This document shows, in pieces, positions 1-11,520 of a stretch of 44,920 nt of DNA. The notes beneath the pieces were generated by a model that saw only the letters and a program-made list of their open reading frames with translations, had not been told where the DNA came from and searched no databases. The stretch's first letter is position 1; each line of letters opens with the position of its first letter. The DNA lies in contig CALSCP010001887.1 in the NCBI GenBank assembly GCA_943704425.1, positions 1 through 44,920 of the forward strand, read 5' to 3'. The DNA comes from Ministeria vibrans ATCC 50519. Its lineage: Eukaryota; Protista; Filasterea. The translations under genes were made by a program, and so were the position numbers.

Positions 1-2
1 CC

Positions 3-119
3 AAGACGAAGACGTTCCAGTCGATGCTGGTGGGTCGTGTTGGGAATGACTGGACGCGCGAGACGAACGAGGGTGACATTCTCATCTTCCGCGATGGCAA
101 TGGCGTCCAAACAATCTGA
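3..119 (+). CDS. 3' end of a gene paralogous to the caspase-like C-terminus of the WD40-Roc-COR-caspase gene at 23305..28199 (partial; runs off the window start)
   Basis: Frame 3 translates KTKTFQSMLVGRVGNDWTRETNEGDILIFRDGNGVQTI*, with TGA at 117-119. This aligns without gaps to [30 protein letters not shown] at the end of ORF 23305..24174. An AT-rich 3' region follows. Confidence 0.8.
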   Translation, partial: KTKTFQSMLVGRVGNDWTRETNEGDILIFRDGNGVQTI

Positions 120-186
120 ATTTTTAATTTTTTATTACACATTTTTTTTCCCTATACACCATTGCAATCCGGCACTACGTATTTCA

Positions 187-1561
187 ATGAGTCTTCAAAC
201 GTAGCAATACCATTTTTGCTTTGTCACTCGTGAGTTTTGTTTGTTGATCAATCTGTCTCTCGTTCCCTCAGTGAAAAACCACTCTCCGACGCCCAGCTGA
301 GGCAGTACAACGAGGAAGGATTCCTTATCGTCAAAGACTTTTTCACGCCTGAAGAGCTTGAGCCGCTTTGCAAGGACGTGTGTGGTCTTGTGTCCGATTT
401 GGCAGATCAACTTTTCGACGGCGGGAAAATCACTGACAAGCACGAAAATCTCCCGTTTGAGACACGCCTCATTGCCCTCGAGCGAGAGTTCAAAGGGTAC
501 TGGGGAAGGCAGTGTAGTGGCGGCTGTCTCACTCGCTTTCGTTCTCTCTCTCTTTCTTGTCTTATAGTGCGAGTGTGTTGTTGCACAAACGCGGTGAGCT
601 TCCTGACTCATTCGCGTCACTCTGGAGCTCCAACCGACTCCTGTGTGTCGTTGAACAGATGCTCGGCACTCAAGACATCTCTGGGCATCCAGTGTGGAAC
701 CTCCGGTCAGTGCAAGAGGCGCTGGAGCGATCGCTTACATGTTGTCTGGTGTAGCACGAAGACACCTTCGAACGAGCAAGCGACCGTTCCCTGGCACCAA
801 GACAACGGATACCTGTCTGCCGACGCAGAAAGCACGCTGCAGCCTACAGCATGGATTCCACTTGTGAACGCAACGCGCGAAACGGGCTGTATGCAGATGG
901 TGCGCGGTGGACACAAAGCGGGAGTGTGTGCCAAACACACTGCGTGCGCCGGCAACACTTGGTAGGGCATTGCGAGACACTCATCCTCCCAATCCAATAT
1001 ACCCACTTAGGTACATCTCATTGGATGAGGCAGAAATCGAAAAGACCCTGCTCGTGAAAGTGAACGAAGAGACAGTTGTGACGTGCGAAGTGCCGTTTGG
1101 CGGAGTGCTCTTTCTGAACAATCTGATTCCGCACCGCTCCTTGCCAAACGACAGTGCGATTACGCGCTGGAGCATTGATCTGCGATGGCAGCAAAGTGGT
1201 CTTCCTAACGGCTTCTTTGGTCTGAAGAGTCCCATTGAGATGCGTCGCAGAGGCGATGCACTCTTCCAACCCGATTTCAGTGTGTGGGGCAAACAAGACC
1301 GTCACGTTGCCATGACAGCAGGAAAGGAAGCAATGGAGACACATCCAGAACAACATGATGATGGCGATGATAATGATGCCTTTAGTACTGTTGTGAGTGG
1401 ACCATGGATGGGCCGGTATACATCTTTATTATCTAATTCAATTCCCGACTAATCTTTATCTTGATTATATTAGTTGGGAGATTACACATGAAAATGCGCA
1501 CACTCGACAGTATTTGGCTTTGGTTGCAAAAGGAGCTCAGTCTAATTGGCACAAATCATAA
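187..1561 (+). CDS. Phytanoyl-CoA dioxygenase (PhyH) family Fe(II)/2-oxoglutarate dioxygenase, multi-exon
   Basis: Motifs LSDAQLRQYNEEGFLIVKDFF, VPWHQD (HxD), TAWIPL..ATRETGCM and LIPHRS.PN.S...RWSID. ATG 187 plus intron 201-271 gives MSLQTEKPL. The last exon ends at TAA 1559-1561. Confidence 0.85.
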
Positions 1562-1795
1562 AAAAATCAAACACCACTCTCAAGCAGATTATTCTTTAAT
1601 TTTTTTTGTTTTTTAATCACCCAAAATGAACAACAGTAATAATTAATTCACATCAAACGTGACAAAAAACACAGATTTTCTTTTCATCTCACTCACAGTC
1701 AAACAAAACATTTTACTTCTATCTCTCCCCAAAACCATTTTCACTCAACACCACACACACACACACACATACACATAAAAACCGTGAGTGCGGTG

Positions 1796-2997
1796 TTACT
1801 CGCTGGGCCCATCTTCGGCCTCCTCGTCTTCGCCGTCGTCTTCTTCGCCACTGTCATCGCTCTTATCATCATCATCCTCCTCACTTGAATTGTCGTCATC
1901 GCCATCCTTGAGCGTCTGCTTCTTCTCGAGGTCCTGCAGCATTTGTGCCAGAGCCTTGTCGTCGCTCTCTGTGACCGCTCGCGGTTCCGATTGGTAGTGG
2001 AAAGACCCCCCAGCACTCACAATGTTCTCCCGCACTGCCTCACACGCTCTACGCAACACCTCGACTCCCAAATCCTTCTCCAGACTCATCGTCGTCATGA
2101 CATACAGTGGCGGCGCAATCAAATTGATCTTGACGGGCATATCCGGTGTGCTCACAGCCAGTCCGCACCGCAGCGCAGTTTTGACCGCATCGATCCCTTC
2201 ATACCCATAGCAGATCACATCCACATCCGCCCGGATCTTCGTCGGCTGTGGCGCCATGCGTCGTCGGATGTTCGACAGAAGCGTGTTCTTGATCGTCTCA
2301 GAGACGTCCGGAAGGTCCTGGATCACAGATGCGTCTCTGAAAACAAAAAATAAGTGTCAAAAACAAGTCGTTTCTCTTTCCTACGAACGGACACCAACTT
2401 TTTTTTCTCTCTATCTGCACTTCTTACGTGATAGCCAGCTTGAAAGCATCGTAGCTCTTGCCTGCACCCCCGTACTTGCGATCCAGTGCCCATGCAGTCA
2501 CCTTTTGAATCAAGAAACCATTACACACAAGACAGACAGACACACAAACACAGACACACAAAAACAGACCGACACAGACAGACACACAAACACAGACACA
2601 CACACAAACACAGACAGACACACAAACAAACAAACACAGATAGACACTTGCACACAACACATTTCTTCTTTTTTTATTTACTTTGTAGAGGTCTTCGAGG
2701 TCCATGTCGAGCGTCTCGGCGACGTGGCGCAGCACACTGTTGACCGCCTTGGCCTTGAGAAAGCGCTCTTCGCACTTTTGCACTTCTTCCGGCGAGACTC
2801 GGCGCTTTGACAAGTCAATGTAACCTAGACACCAACAATGTGTGAGAGTCCACACCGGGGGTGATAGGTGGCTCCCGCAGCGAACCTTTGTCCTTGTCGA
2901 CTCGCAGCACAATGACACACTCAATGCGCCCCACTCGGATCAGTTTGTTGATCGAGCGGATGCGCCGTCTGGACAGCTCACTCAGCAAGATCATGCC
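1796..2997 (-). CDS. EIF2S1: Eukaryotic translation initiation factor 2 alpha subunit (5' exon(s) not found)
   Basis: Spliced exons give [23 protein letters not shown] (Ser51 loop), [34 protein letters not shown] and IKINLIAPP-type [12 protein letters not shown], followed by an acidic tail. Confidence 0.95.
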
Positions 2998-3115
2998 CTA
3001 CACACAGCACCACCACCACACACAGACATGCCGCCGTGAGTTTCAAACATGCCATACGTTTCATGTTCCACAGCAAAAGTTAGATGAATGAATGATTTTC
3101 TTGCTTCAGTCACCG

Positions 3116-3146
<31 letters not shown>
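3116..3146. repeat. 31-nt poly(A) tract between the 5'-truncated eIF2-alpha and WDR48 genes
   Basis: Read directly from the sequence. Confidence 0.95.
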
Positions 3147-3147
<1 letters not shown>

Positions 3148-3175
3148 AGTCAAAGTGAAATATTTTGGGATATAG

Positions 3176-5092
3176 AAATGCACTCATGAAGAGCACTCAG
3201 ACTGGGTGAACGATCTTGTGGCGCTGCGAGACGGCCGTACGCTTGTGTCGGCGTCGGCGGACACGACGCTCAAGGTGTGGGAGCGCGGCGAGCGGCGATG
3301 CATCGGAACGCTGTCGGCACACTCGGACTATGTCAAGGCACTGGCGACTGGGGCGGCAACGGGGACGGTGGCCAGCGCCGCCTTTGACCGCAGCGTGTGC
3401 ATCTGGGACGTGGCGCAGGGACGCGAGTCGGGCGTGCTGCCGTCGCCCACAGTCGTGCTGGGCAACCATGAAGATTCAGTGTACGCCGTGGCCATGAGTG
3501 CGGACGGGACGCTTGTGTGTAGCGGCGGCACCGACCACCTGTGCTACCTGTGGGACGTACGCAGCGGCAAGTGTGTTACACAGCTGGTGGGACACGGCGA
3601 CACGGTGCGGGCGGTGCTGCTCAGCGGCGATGGACGACGCATGGTGACTGCGTCTACGGACGGCACTGTGAAACTGTGGGAGCCGGGCCGTCAGCAGCGC
3701 TGTGTGCGCACGCTCAATGTCCACAACGGCGAGTCGGTGTGGGCGTTAGCAGCCGACGACATGGATTTGCTTCGAACGGGGCGTCTTTTGTCGGGAGCGC
3801 GTGATGGGCGTGTGGTGGCAACAATGAGTCTCGCTGAGGCGTACACGGTGGGGGGTGTCCTGGAGACGCGCCAAGTGTGTCACGAGGGATCCGCAGTGCT
3901 GCGCCTGGCTTTGGCCACACCGTCACCACCATCATTATCAGAAGAAGAAGAAGAAGAAGAAGAAGAAAAAGAGGAGGAAGGAGACGAAGAGAAGGGAGCA
4001 GGAAGAAGGGAAGGCCTTGGTCAGTCGGCAACGGCAGTGTGGGTGGCGACGACCAGCTCAACCGTGCGTCAGTGGTCGCTTTGTACTGAACATGCGACTG
4101 TGCAGCGACAGATTGAAGGGAGTGCGCCAGTGCGACACTACCGGGTGCTCAACAACCGACGGCACGTGTTGACGTGCGACGCAACGGGTGCGCTTGACGT
4201 GTGGGATGTGTTCCAAGCGAAGCGTGTGGCGCAGTACGGGGTGTGTGTGGAGGGCGCAGTGGACACAATGACGGCCAAGGAGCGCACGGCGGCGCTGGAG
4301 CGGGCGCTGGATTTGAAGGAGGAGGAGCTGTTTGAGCAGACGGCGGTGAGTCAGTGGTTTTCGGTGGACCTGCGTTTGGGCTGTCTGATGGTGCACCTAG
4401 ACTCGCCGCAGTGCTTCCAAGCGGAGGTGCTTGCGAGTGTGGCGGGGCTGGTAGGCAAGACAGAAGAGAGCAAGGTGAACCTGGGGTCCGTCTACCTTGA
4501 CGCCCTGTTTGCGGCGTATGCCAAGGCGAAGCGGGCCGAGGCAGCAGCAGGGGCGGAGGAGAGCGGGAGCAGTGGCGGTGGGGCTCCGGCGGTGACGCCG
4601 TTTGGGGAGCAGGTGGCACTGGAGCGGGCGCAGGTGTCGGTGGTGGTGACGCGCAGTCCGGGCGCACAGGGAGTGCACCTGTGTCGTTTGCCTGTGACTG
4701 AGATGGCTCTGCCCCACCACCTGCATCGCCTCGACGAGAACTTGCCACAGTGGCTGCTTGACTCGCTCTTGCGACGGCTCATTCCGTCGACAGTGCAGCT
4801 CAAGTTATCGTTTACGCTAGTGCCAGCGCAGTGTGTGCCATCGGCGACGCACACGGCCCTTCCAGCGCTGCACGAGACGTCGCTTAATGCCCCGCGCGTC
4901 TTCCGAGTGTCGCGCATTGCCCGCTACCTTGCTGACAAGCTCAAGTTGGGCGATGCGCCCGAGACGCTCGAGCGTATTGAGGTGCTCTGTGGCGATCAGG
5001 TGTGTGCGCGCGACGCCAATGTTGCCACCCTCAAGCAGTTTGTCTGGAAGCGCTCCGACGAAATGGTCCTTTCCTATCGCCTTTTGAAGTGA
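3176..5092 (+). CDS. WDR48: WD repeat protein 48 / UAF1 (USP1-associated factor); N-terminal part not found
   Basis: HSDWVNDLV..DGRTLVSASADTTLKVW, HSDYVKALA, LNNRRHVLT, WFSVDLRLGCL, KVNLG, and a C-terminal ubiquitin-like IEVLCGDQV...ATLKQFVWK...LSYR all match the WDR48 pattern. Confidence 0.9.
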   Translation, partial: KCTHEEHSDWVNDLVALRDGRTLVSASADTTLKVWERGERRCIGTLSAHSDYVKALATGAATGTVASAAFDRSVCIWDVAQGRESGVLPSPTVVLGNHEDSVYAVAMSADGTLVCSGGTDHLCYLWDVRSGKCVTQLVGHGDTVRAVLLSGDGRRMVTASTDGTVKLWEPGRQQRCVRTLNVHNGESVWALAADDMDLLRTGRLLSGARDGRVVATMSLAEAYTVGGVLETRQVCHEGSAVLRLALATPSPPSLSEEEEEEEEEKEEEGDEEKGAGRREGLGQSATAVWVATTSSTVRQWSLCTEHATVQRQIEGSAPVRHYRVLNNRRHVLTCDATGALDVWDVFQAKRVAQYGVCVEGAVDTMTAKERTAALERALDLKEEELFEQTAVSQWFSVDLRLGCLMVHLDSPQCFQAEVLASVAGLVGKTEESKVNLGSVYLDALFAAYAKAKRAEAAAGAEESGSSGGGAPAVTPFGEQVALERAQVSVVVTRSPGAQGVHLCRLPVTEMALPHHLHRLDENLPQWLLDSLLRRLIPSTVQLKLSFTLVPAQCVPSATHTALPALHETSLNAPRVFRVSRIARYLADKLKLGDAPETLERIEVLCGDQVCARDANVATLKQFVWKRSDEMVLSYRLLK

Positions 5093-5213
5093 TACGAAAA
5101 GTGTACAAAGAAGTAAAAATAAAAATAAGAAGAATAAGAGTGGAATTTGAATGAATAATAATATTAATAATGATTATATTTTTTATTATACGACGATTAT
5201 TGATATGGAATAA

Positions 5214-6155
5214 ATGGCGAAGAATCGATTGGGAATTTCAATTTTGGCTGCTGCAGCGACACTGCTTGGCCTGCTATACATAGGGGCTCCTCGAAGCACT
5301 GTAAAGGAGGGGCCTACGGGCGGCGGTCTCAGTGGTCGTGTGGACGATGCGGCTCCGCTGGAGTTTGGCGGAGGAGGAGACGCAAAGGAAGCCATTCAGC
5401 GGACGACGGAGGCGTTGAGAGCGCTCTCGCCCCGACCCCAGTCCAATCGGATACTCCTACTTGAGAGCGACAGTGGCCCACACAACGCGTCAAGTGTCGG
5501 CCATATGGATTTTCTTGAAGTGGAGAGGAGCAGTTTGATCGATTCGAGTCGATTGACAGCCCACAGCGACGTAGAAGAGATCCTGCTTGTACTGGAGGGC
5601 ACGGTCGAGGTGGAAGTAGACAATGTTGATGCATCTCTGGCTAAGTTCGATCTGCACTACGCGCCTGTGGGTCCGGTTGCGCTGAGACAATCATCTGCGG
5701 GCGCTGTGTGGCTCACCGTCCGATATCATGGCCAGGTCGAGACGGTCGGGCCAAGCGTGTTGGCTCACATATCAAAGGGCGGGTCTCTTCCGTCGATGAC
5801 TGTGCAAGACGTGTCTGACCAGCGCCGACGACTGCGTGACGGTGCGCACTTTTTCGCGGCCAGACGCACCCGCACGTTGCCACGTCTCAACCTTGCCACA
5901 GTAGTTGTGACGCCGAGCACACGACCGCCAGGCCTGCACGCGCACACATACGCAAGTCTCTTGGTGGTGCTGGAAGGATTCTTCCGCGTGGACTATGTCG
6001 ACCCCGAGACGGGTGAGGTGCGCGCGCACGATGGACTCTCAACGGGTGCTGTGCTATTTCTCTATCCCAACGTGTCTCATCATGCTGTGCTTATTCATGG
6101 CGATCGGGGTATCTTCTTTGCGATTCTGCTGCAGCACGATGTCAACAAGTTTTAA
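5214..6155 (+). CDS. Intronless signal-anchor/secreted cupin (bicupin-like) protein, tandem paralog 1
   Basis: N-terminal hydrophobic segment and cupin-like motifs EEILLVLEGTVEVEVD and HAHTYASLLVVLEG...GAVLFLYPNVSHH. AT-rich flanks. Confidence 0.65.
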   Translation: MAKNRLGISILAAAATLLGLLYIGAPRSTVKEGPTGGGLSGRVDDAAPLEFGGGGDAKEAIQRTTEALRALSPRPQSNRILLLESDSGPHNASSVGHMDFLEVERSSLIDSSRLTAHSDVEEILLVLEGTVEVEVDNVDASLAKFDLHYAPVGPVALRQSSAGAVWLTVRYHGQVETVGPSVLAHISKGGSLPSMTVQDVSDQRRRLRDGAHFFAARRTRTLPRLNLATVVVTPSTRPPGLHAHTYASLLVVLEGFFRVDYVDPETGEVRAHDGLSTGAVLFLYPNVSHHAVLIHGDRGIFFAILLQHDVNKF

Positions 6156-6242
6156 TTTGATAAAAAAATCAATCATAATTAATACAAAATATGTAATCAA
6201 TCTCTAAAAATTTATTCGCAGAGGAAAAAGGATGCTCGATTA

Positions 6243-7250
6243 ATGATTGATTATTATCTCAAATCTCAATTATTTATTGATATGCGGTTGAGTACAAGGT
6301 GCGCTGTTGCTGGAGGACTCATTGGAATAGTGGCGCTCGTGGGGTTTAGCGTGTCCGTCGAGTCGATTGGTGGAGAGCCAGACGTTTCCGTTGTCCACTC
6401 AGGCGCCGAGGCGGGGACGGAGCGGACTCGGGATTCGACGGAGCGGCCCAAAGAGGAAGGAGCGGCGGACACACCGGTGGAGGCGGGCACGGTGGTGGAG
6501 GCGGCGGAGATGAGCTCTGATTACGTTCCTGCGAAATCGCCACCGACACTGCTCGCTCTCAATGCCCCTCCCACTGATGCTTCAGACGCTGCCGACATGG
6601 CCTACCTTTCATCTCGGGTTCGACGTGTGCTTCATGGAAGGGTCTCCGACGAGAAGGACGATGTAGGCGACGTGGAGGAGCTGTTGTTGGTGACGGCGGG
6701 ACACCTCAACGCAACCATCGACGGCCGGCACCACCGACTCGACGCCATGGACTTGCACTACAGCGAACACGGGCCGGTGCCTGTCCACGACGCACATAAT
6801 GCCACATGGCTGTCCATTCGTTTCCGTGGCACGAAAGACTCTCTAAGCAAGCAGGAGCGCAAGAATGTCGAGCGCGACGCGCTGATGCACACGTCGACTT
6901 TTCATCGAGTGGACGACTGGAACCGGTTCCGCCGCTCCGACCAGGCGCATTTCTTCTGGGCCAAACACACGCGCACCATCCCGCGCCTCAACCTGGCCAC
7001 CATTTTTATGCCACTCACCTCCAAAGTGCCGCGCTACCACCCGCACACCTTTGCGAGCTTTACGGCCATTCTCAGTGGCCACTTTCATGTTGAGTATGTC
7101 GATTCAGACCACAAGCAGCGCATCATCCCTGACCTGCACGCCGGCTCAGTAGTCTTCTTCTACGACAACTCTTTCCATCGCGTGGTGCGCGACGGACCAA
7201 CCATAGGCACATACGTCGCCATCCAGCTCGAACACCGCATCAAATGGTGA
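6243..7250 (+). CDS. Intronless signal-anchor/secreted cupin (bicupin-like) protein, tandem paralog 2 (start may be ATG 6282)
   Basis: Shares DVEE.LLV..G, DLHY...GPV, AHFF.A..TRT.PRLNLAT, HxHT.AS, V.YVD and G.V.F.Y.N..H with 5214..6155. Confidence 0.65.
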   Translation: MIDYYLKSQLFIDMRLSTRCAVAGGLIGIVALVGFSVSVESIGGEPDVSVVHSGAEAGTERTRDSTERPKEEGAADTPVEAGTVVEAAEMSSDYVPAKSPPTLLALNAPPTDASDAADMAYLSSRVRRVLHGRVSDEKDDVGDVEELLLVTAGHLNATIDGRHHRLDAMDLHYSEHGPVPVHDAHNATWLSIRFRGTKDSLSKQERKNVERDALMHTSTFHRVDDWNRFRRSDQAHFFWAKHTRTIPRLNLATIFMPLTSKVPRYHPHTFASFTAILSGHFHVEYVDSDHKQRIIPDLHAGSVVFFYDNSFHRVVRDGPTIGTYVAIQLEHRIKW

Positions 7251-7314
7251 CCGACACACCAACACACACACACACGCACACACAACAAACCGTCTATGTC
7301 ATACACAATGTTTA

Positions 7315-7673
7315 TTATTGGAGCTTCTTTCTGGGGCTTCTCCTGAGGGCAGTGTCGCCTGCAGTGCTCTCCTTCTCCTGTGCCTTGGGCGTCTCCTTCT
7401 TGGGCTTCTTCTGAAAGAAGCTCATCATCGACTTCATTCCCTTCTTGTCCACCTTCTCCAGCGCTTTTTGCGTCACGCTCAGCTTTGCCTTCTGCTTGCA
7501 CAGTCGCAATCAGATGAATCATTCACTGTGTCTTGTCTTCTGTTACCTTTTCCGCTTTCTTTGTGTATTTGTCAGTGTAATCGTCGACTGGCAATTCGCT
7601 GAGTTGCGCTGAGTCGGCACTGCGCTTAGTGCCCTTTCCTTTGGAGGGTATTACTTCGCTCGGTAGGGTCACA
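7315..7673 (-). CDS. RNASEH2B: C-terminal exons of ribonuclease H2 subunit B (upstream exons absent)
   Basis: PVDDYT...KLSVTQKALEKVDKKGMKSMMSFF resembles the RNASEH2B tail (QKALAKVDKSGMKSIDTFF) with its PIP box. Confidence 0.7.
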
Positions 7674-7677
7674 CTGC

Positions 7678-7880
<203 letters not shown>

Positions 7881-7927
7881 AGCGCGCGTGGGTGAGTTCG
7901 TGTGTATGTGATAGCTTGAATGGGTAC

Positions 7928-8413
7928 CGTTTCGTCTTCAAAGTAAGTGACTTGTTTCCGCACCACATCCAGCACAAAATAGCGCCACTTCCAATTTTTT
8001 CGTTTCCCTAAAAGTAAACAAAAAAAAGCGATGGAGATAGTGTCAGCACGCGCGTGTGAGAGAAGGAGAGACAAGAACGAACCTCCCAACTTGAAGAGGT
8101 GTCCGGCACACGTGGTCTGCGTGATGGACATTCCAGCTGGCACGTTCGCCACTCTCCGGTCCAGACACACATCCACCTGTGATGACACCTGTGCTTCTGC
8201 TGGTGATTTCGCTCGCTCTGCCAATCGTTCCGCCTACACACAATTCATTGGTTTGCATCAGTGAGTGTGAGTGTGCTTATTTTTGTTTGCAGTGTTGCTC
8301 TATAAATATATACCTCTGAAGGCCTTCTGGGCGGAATAATCATCTGCGATTGGTTTGATCGGTTTGATCTCGGCTTAGCTGAAAACACAAAAAGAGAATA
8401 AGACAAGGAAGAA

Positions 8414-8453
<40 letters not shown>

Positions 8454-10203
8454 TACGTTCTGGCTTTGGGCGGGGAATGGGTTTGACTAGGTTGGCGGAC
8501 AGACGGGGTTCGCTCTTGTTGCGTTTGATGGTGGGTTTGGCGTTGGCGGACGGGAACGGGAACAGCTCCTCGTCGTCGAACCCGCACGCAGACTTGGTGC
8601 GCACGCGTGGAGGCTGAAATACACACAAGAGTGTCAATCTTTTTTTTTTTTACATTTTAGAATGTTTTGTGCATGCTCACTTTGGCTGGGCGATCAATAA
8701 AGTTATCGTCGGTGGCGTGTGGATGGGAGACGCCAGTGCTTGTCTTGAACTGAACTTGCATGGGTACCGTGCGAATGGGTGGCGGAGGCCCCTTCTTCTT
8801 CTTGGCGGGAACGGGCGGAGCGACGGCCGTGAACTGCGGCAGCAACGACGACGACGACGAGGAGGATGCAGTACCAACGGGCGCCACGAGAGGTGTGCGT
8901 GTCGTGGGCGACACTGCTCCGTTCATGACGGTGTCTTTGTCGGTGGCAGTTGCTGCAACGCTGTCGTCCTTAGCCTTTCTCCGCTCGTCCTTGTTGTCGG
9001 GCGATGCGGCATTCTCTTCGTCGTCTTCATCGCTGTCGTCGTCAAACTGTTCGTACGCAATGGTGCTCATGCGCACCGTTGGCGGACGTGGTGCAGGTAC
9101 CGGTCTGGGACGTGGTCGGGCGACTGGGCCACCATCGCCCTTGCCATCCAATGTCGTCGTTGCTGCTGCTGTTGTGGCTGCAGTTGCATCCGCCGCACCG
9201 TTGAATCTTGCTTGTCGAGACGTGTCATTGTTGTCATCACCCTCGTCCAATCTGAGCTTTTCATACGTGTCGTCCTCTTCCTCTTCCTCTTCATCCTGCT
9301 TGGCTGCGTCTGTCTGCGCCTTAGCTGGGGTCGTCTCGACGCTTGACACAGAGCCCCCTTCGTCAATGTGTCCTGGACTGCTATTTCTCTTTTCACGGTC
9401 CTTTCTTTCGCAGGCGTACAGCGCTTCAGAGCACGCGTCCAAAGCATCCTGTTTGAGACGAAAGAAAAGGAACAATCAACACCACCCACAAAAAAAAACG
9501 ATTTGGGTTTGCGGTACCGACAGCACAAGCTGCTCTTCGCTCTGGTCGTCAGCGTTCTCCAAAAGAGCAACACTGACAACGGGGTCGTTTCGGGGCTGTG
9601 CGGCGATCATGGAGGATCTGGCGGGCGGTCGAGTGCTCGAAGGAAGTGCGGGAGGGGCGTTGTGCCGACGGGACGACGTAGGCCGCATGCGGGGCAGCGG
9701 GGGCCCGGGCTGGGCGTGCCCCGGGGGGGTCTGTACAGGCTGCGGCGGTGCGGTGCTGCAGAAAAGTGACGACACAGAGAGAGAGAGAGAGAGAGAAAGA
9801 GATAGAGATAAAAAGAAAAAAAGAAAAAAAAAGGAGAGAGACGCACAAAAGAGGAGAGAAAAGATAAACATAGAGATAAGAAGAAGAGGAGAAGCGGCCG
9901 GTGGGCGATGTAAGCGTACTTTCGGGGGTGTGTGGAAGGGGGGAGCGGGGGTGCAGGGCCGCTGCGGGAGTGGGAGGGCAGCCGTGGGGCGGGAATGGGC
10001 AGAGAGGGCTTTTTCACGGGCTGTGCGGCGGCAGCGTGCCGGGCGGGCAGCGCCGGGGGCGAGACGGTGTCGCGCGGACGCAGTGCGGGCGGCTCGGCTT
10101 GCTTTTTGGATTCCATTCGACGAGGCACAAGCGGAGGAGGCGCTTCGTCTTCTTCGATATCTGCCCCGTCCGGGAACAGATTCGACGGTCTCCGCGCGTT
10201 CAT
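7928..10203 (-). CDS. Proline-rich adaptor-like protein with a truncated C-terminal PH domain, multi-exon
   Basis: Many PxxP tracts. A PH N-terminus, CAGHLFKLG|GKRKNWKWRYFVLDVVRKQVTYFEDET, is cut off at donor 7927. The start is uncertain. Confidence 0.6.
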
Positions 10204-10398
10204 GGCCACTCCAACGACCAAACGGGGATCGATCAGCGCGCCGAGGAATGGAATAAAGTCAAAGAATGTGTGAATTATCAATTAATTATTAACTCAATTA
10301 AGAATTTAAATCATAACAAGTTACAGACCGAGTCATAGAGAAACCTAACGACCGTAAATAAGTCATAAGAGTTTTTTTTTGTCCATCTTGTTATCGTA

Positions 10399-11305
10399 AT
10401 GTCAAGCGAAGGTGGGTGTTGCCCAAACGGAAGCTGGCCGGCGCTGAAGAGCGACTATGTGCCGTGTGGAGAGATGCAGACGCTGGAAAACAAAATGCAA
10501 TGCTACGTGACGGGCAAGGCTGACTCGGACAAGGCCGTGCTGGTCATCTTTGATGTCTTTGGTAGGTGTACCCTGTGGCGTGGATTGGTTTGGTTTGGGG
10601 TGAAGGAAACGTCGCGAAAACCAAAAAAAAAAAACGTTTTGTCTGTAAACTTTGTCTCGGATGCGCAGGTGTGGACTCGGGACGCATCAAGGCGATCTGT
10701 GACCAGCTTGGCTCCGAGGGTTGGCTTGTTGTGATGCCTGATTTCTTCCATGGCGATCCGGTACGCAACGCAGATGTTGTTTGTCGCCCTGTCTCACACT
10801 GTCTCAGCTCGTTAGCCTCGACGACATTGCGACGTGGGCTGTCAAATACCCCTACTCGGGTGTTGCTGAGGATCTGAAAAGCGTGGCGCCTTTGCTCGCC
10901 GGGAAGCAAGTGGCCACTTGGGGATTCTGCTGGGGCTGCTGGGCGGCGCACCATGCCGCAGGCAACCCCGACACGCCCTTCTCCATTGTCGCTGGCGTCA
11001 ACTGTCACCCGTCGCTGAAACTCGAGCCATGGCTTTTTGGCGGCACCGAGAAGGCCATGGCTGAGGCGTGCAACTCGCCTCAGCTGCTTCTGTCGGCCGC
11101 AAATGATCCCCCAAATGTACATCCCGATGGCGAAGTCATTACCATCCTCAAGGGCAAGTTTGGTAACAAGTGCGAAGCGCACTCGTACCCGCGCATGCAG
11201 CACGGCTGGGTCAACCGCGGCGATTTGTCTGACGATGCTGTCAAGGAGGACGTTCGATCCGCCATTGAGCGCGGCGTAGCCTACCTCAAGACCTTCTTCA
11301 ATTGA
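10399..11305 (+). CDS. Dienelactone hydrolase family (alpha/beta hydrolase), 3 exons
   Basis: AVLVIFDVFG, VVMPDFFHG, nucleophile elbow WGFCWG, HPSL and YPRMQHGWVNRGD. Confidence 0.9.
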
Positions 11306-11520
11306 CACAAACCTTTTTTTCCTCTCATTCCTTGATTCATTTTGTCACATCGCACATCACTGATTACTGATTACGAAGTATTGAGTAGTGGTCGAATAGA
11401 GTTGAGGTATAGATGAGATCGAGACTACCAAAAAGTGAAAGTGAATTCAGAAGGGAGTTCAGTACTCGTTAGACGTTACTCGTCGAGTATTCGAGTTTAA
11501 AATAAACTTTAATCTTTTCA

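Noticed and set aside
187-204. In-frame TAG shortly after the PhyH ATG, suggesting stop-codon reassignment
   Set aside because: It is explained by intron 201-271. TAA, TAG and TGA all terminate genes elsewhere in the window, consistent with the standard code.
3028-3146. Retroelement/SINE or processed insert ending in poly(A)
   Set aside because: There is no target-site duplication, Pol III box or second copy visible in the window.
8760-10256. 498-aa plus-strand ORF, and similar long antisense ORFs (17372..18286, 20840..21880, 24933..25785)
   Set aside because: These are antisense shadows of GC-rich coding exons with no recognisable motifs.
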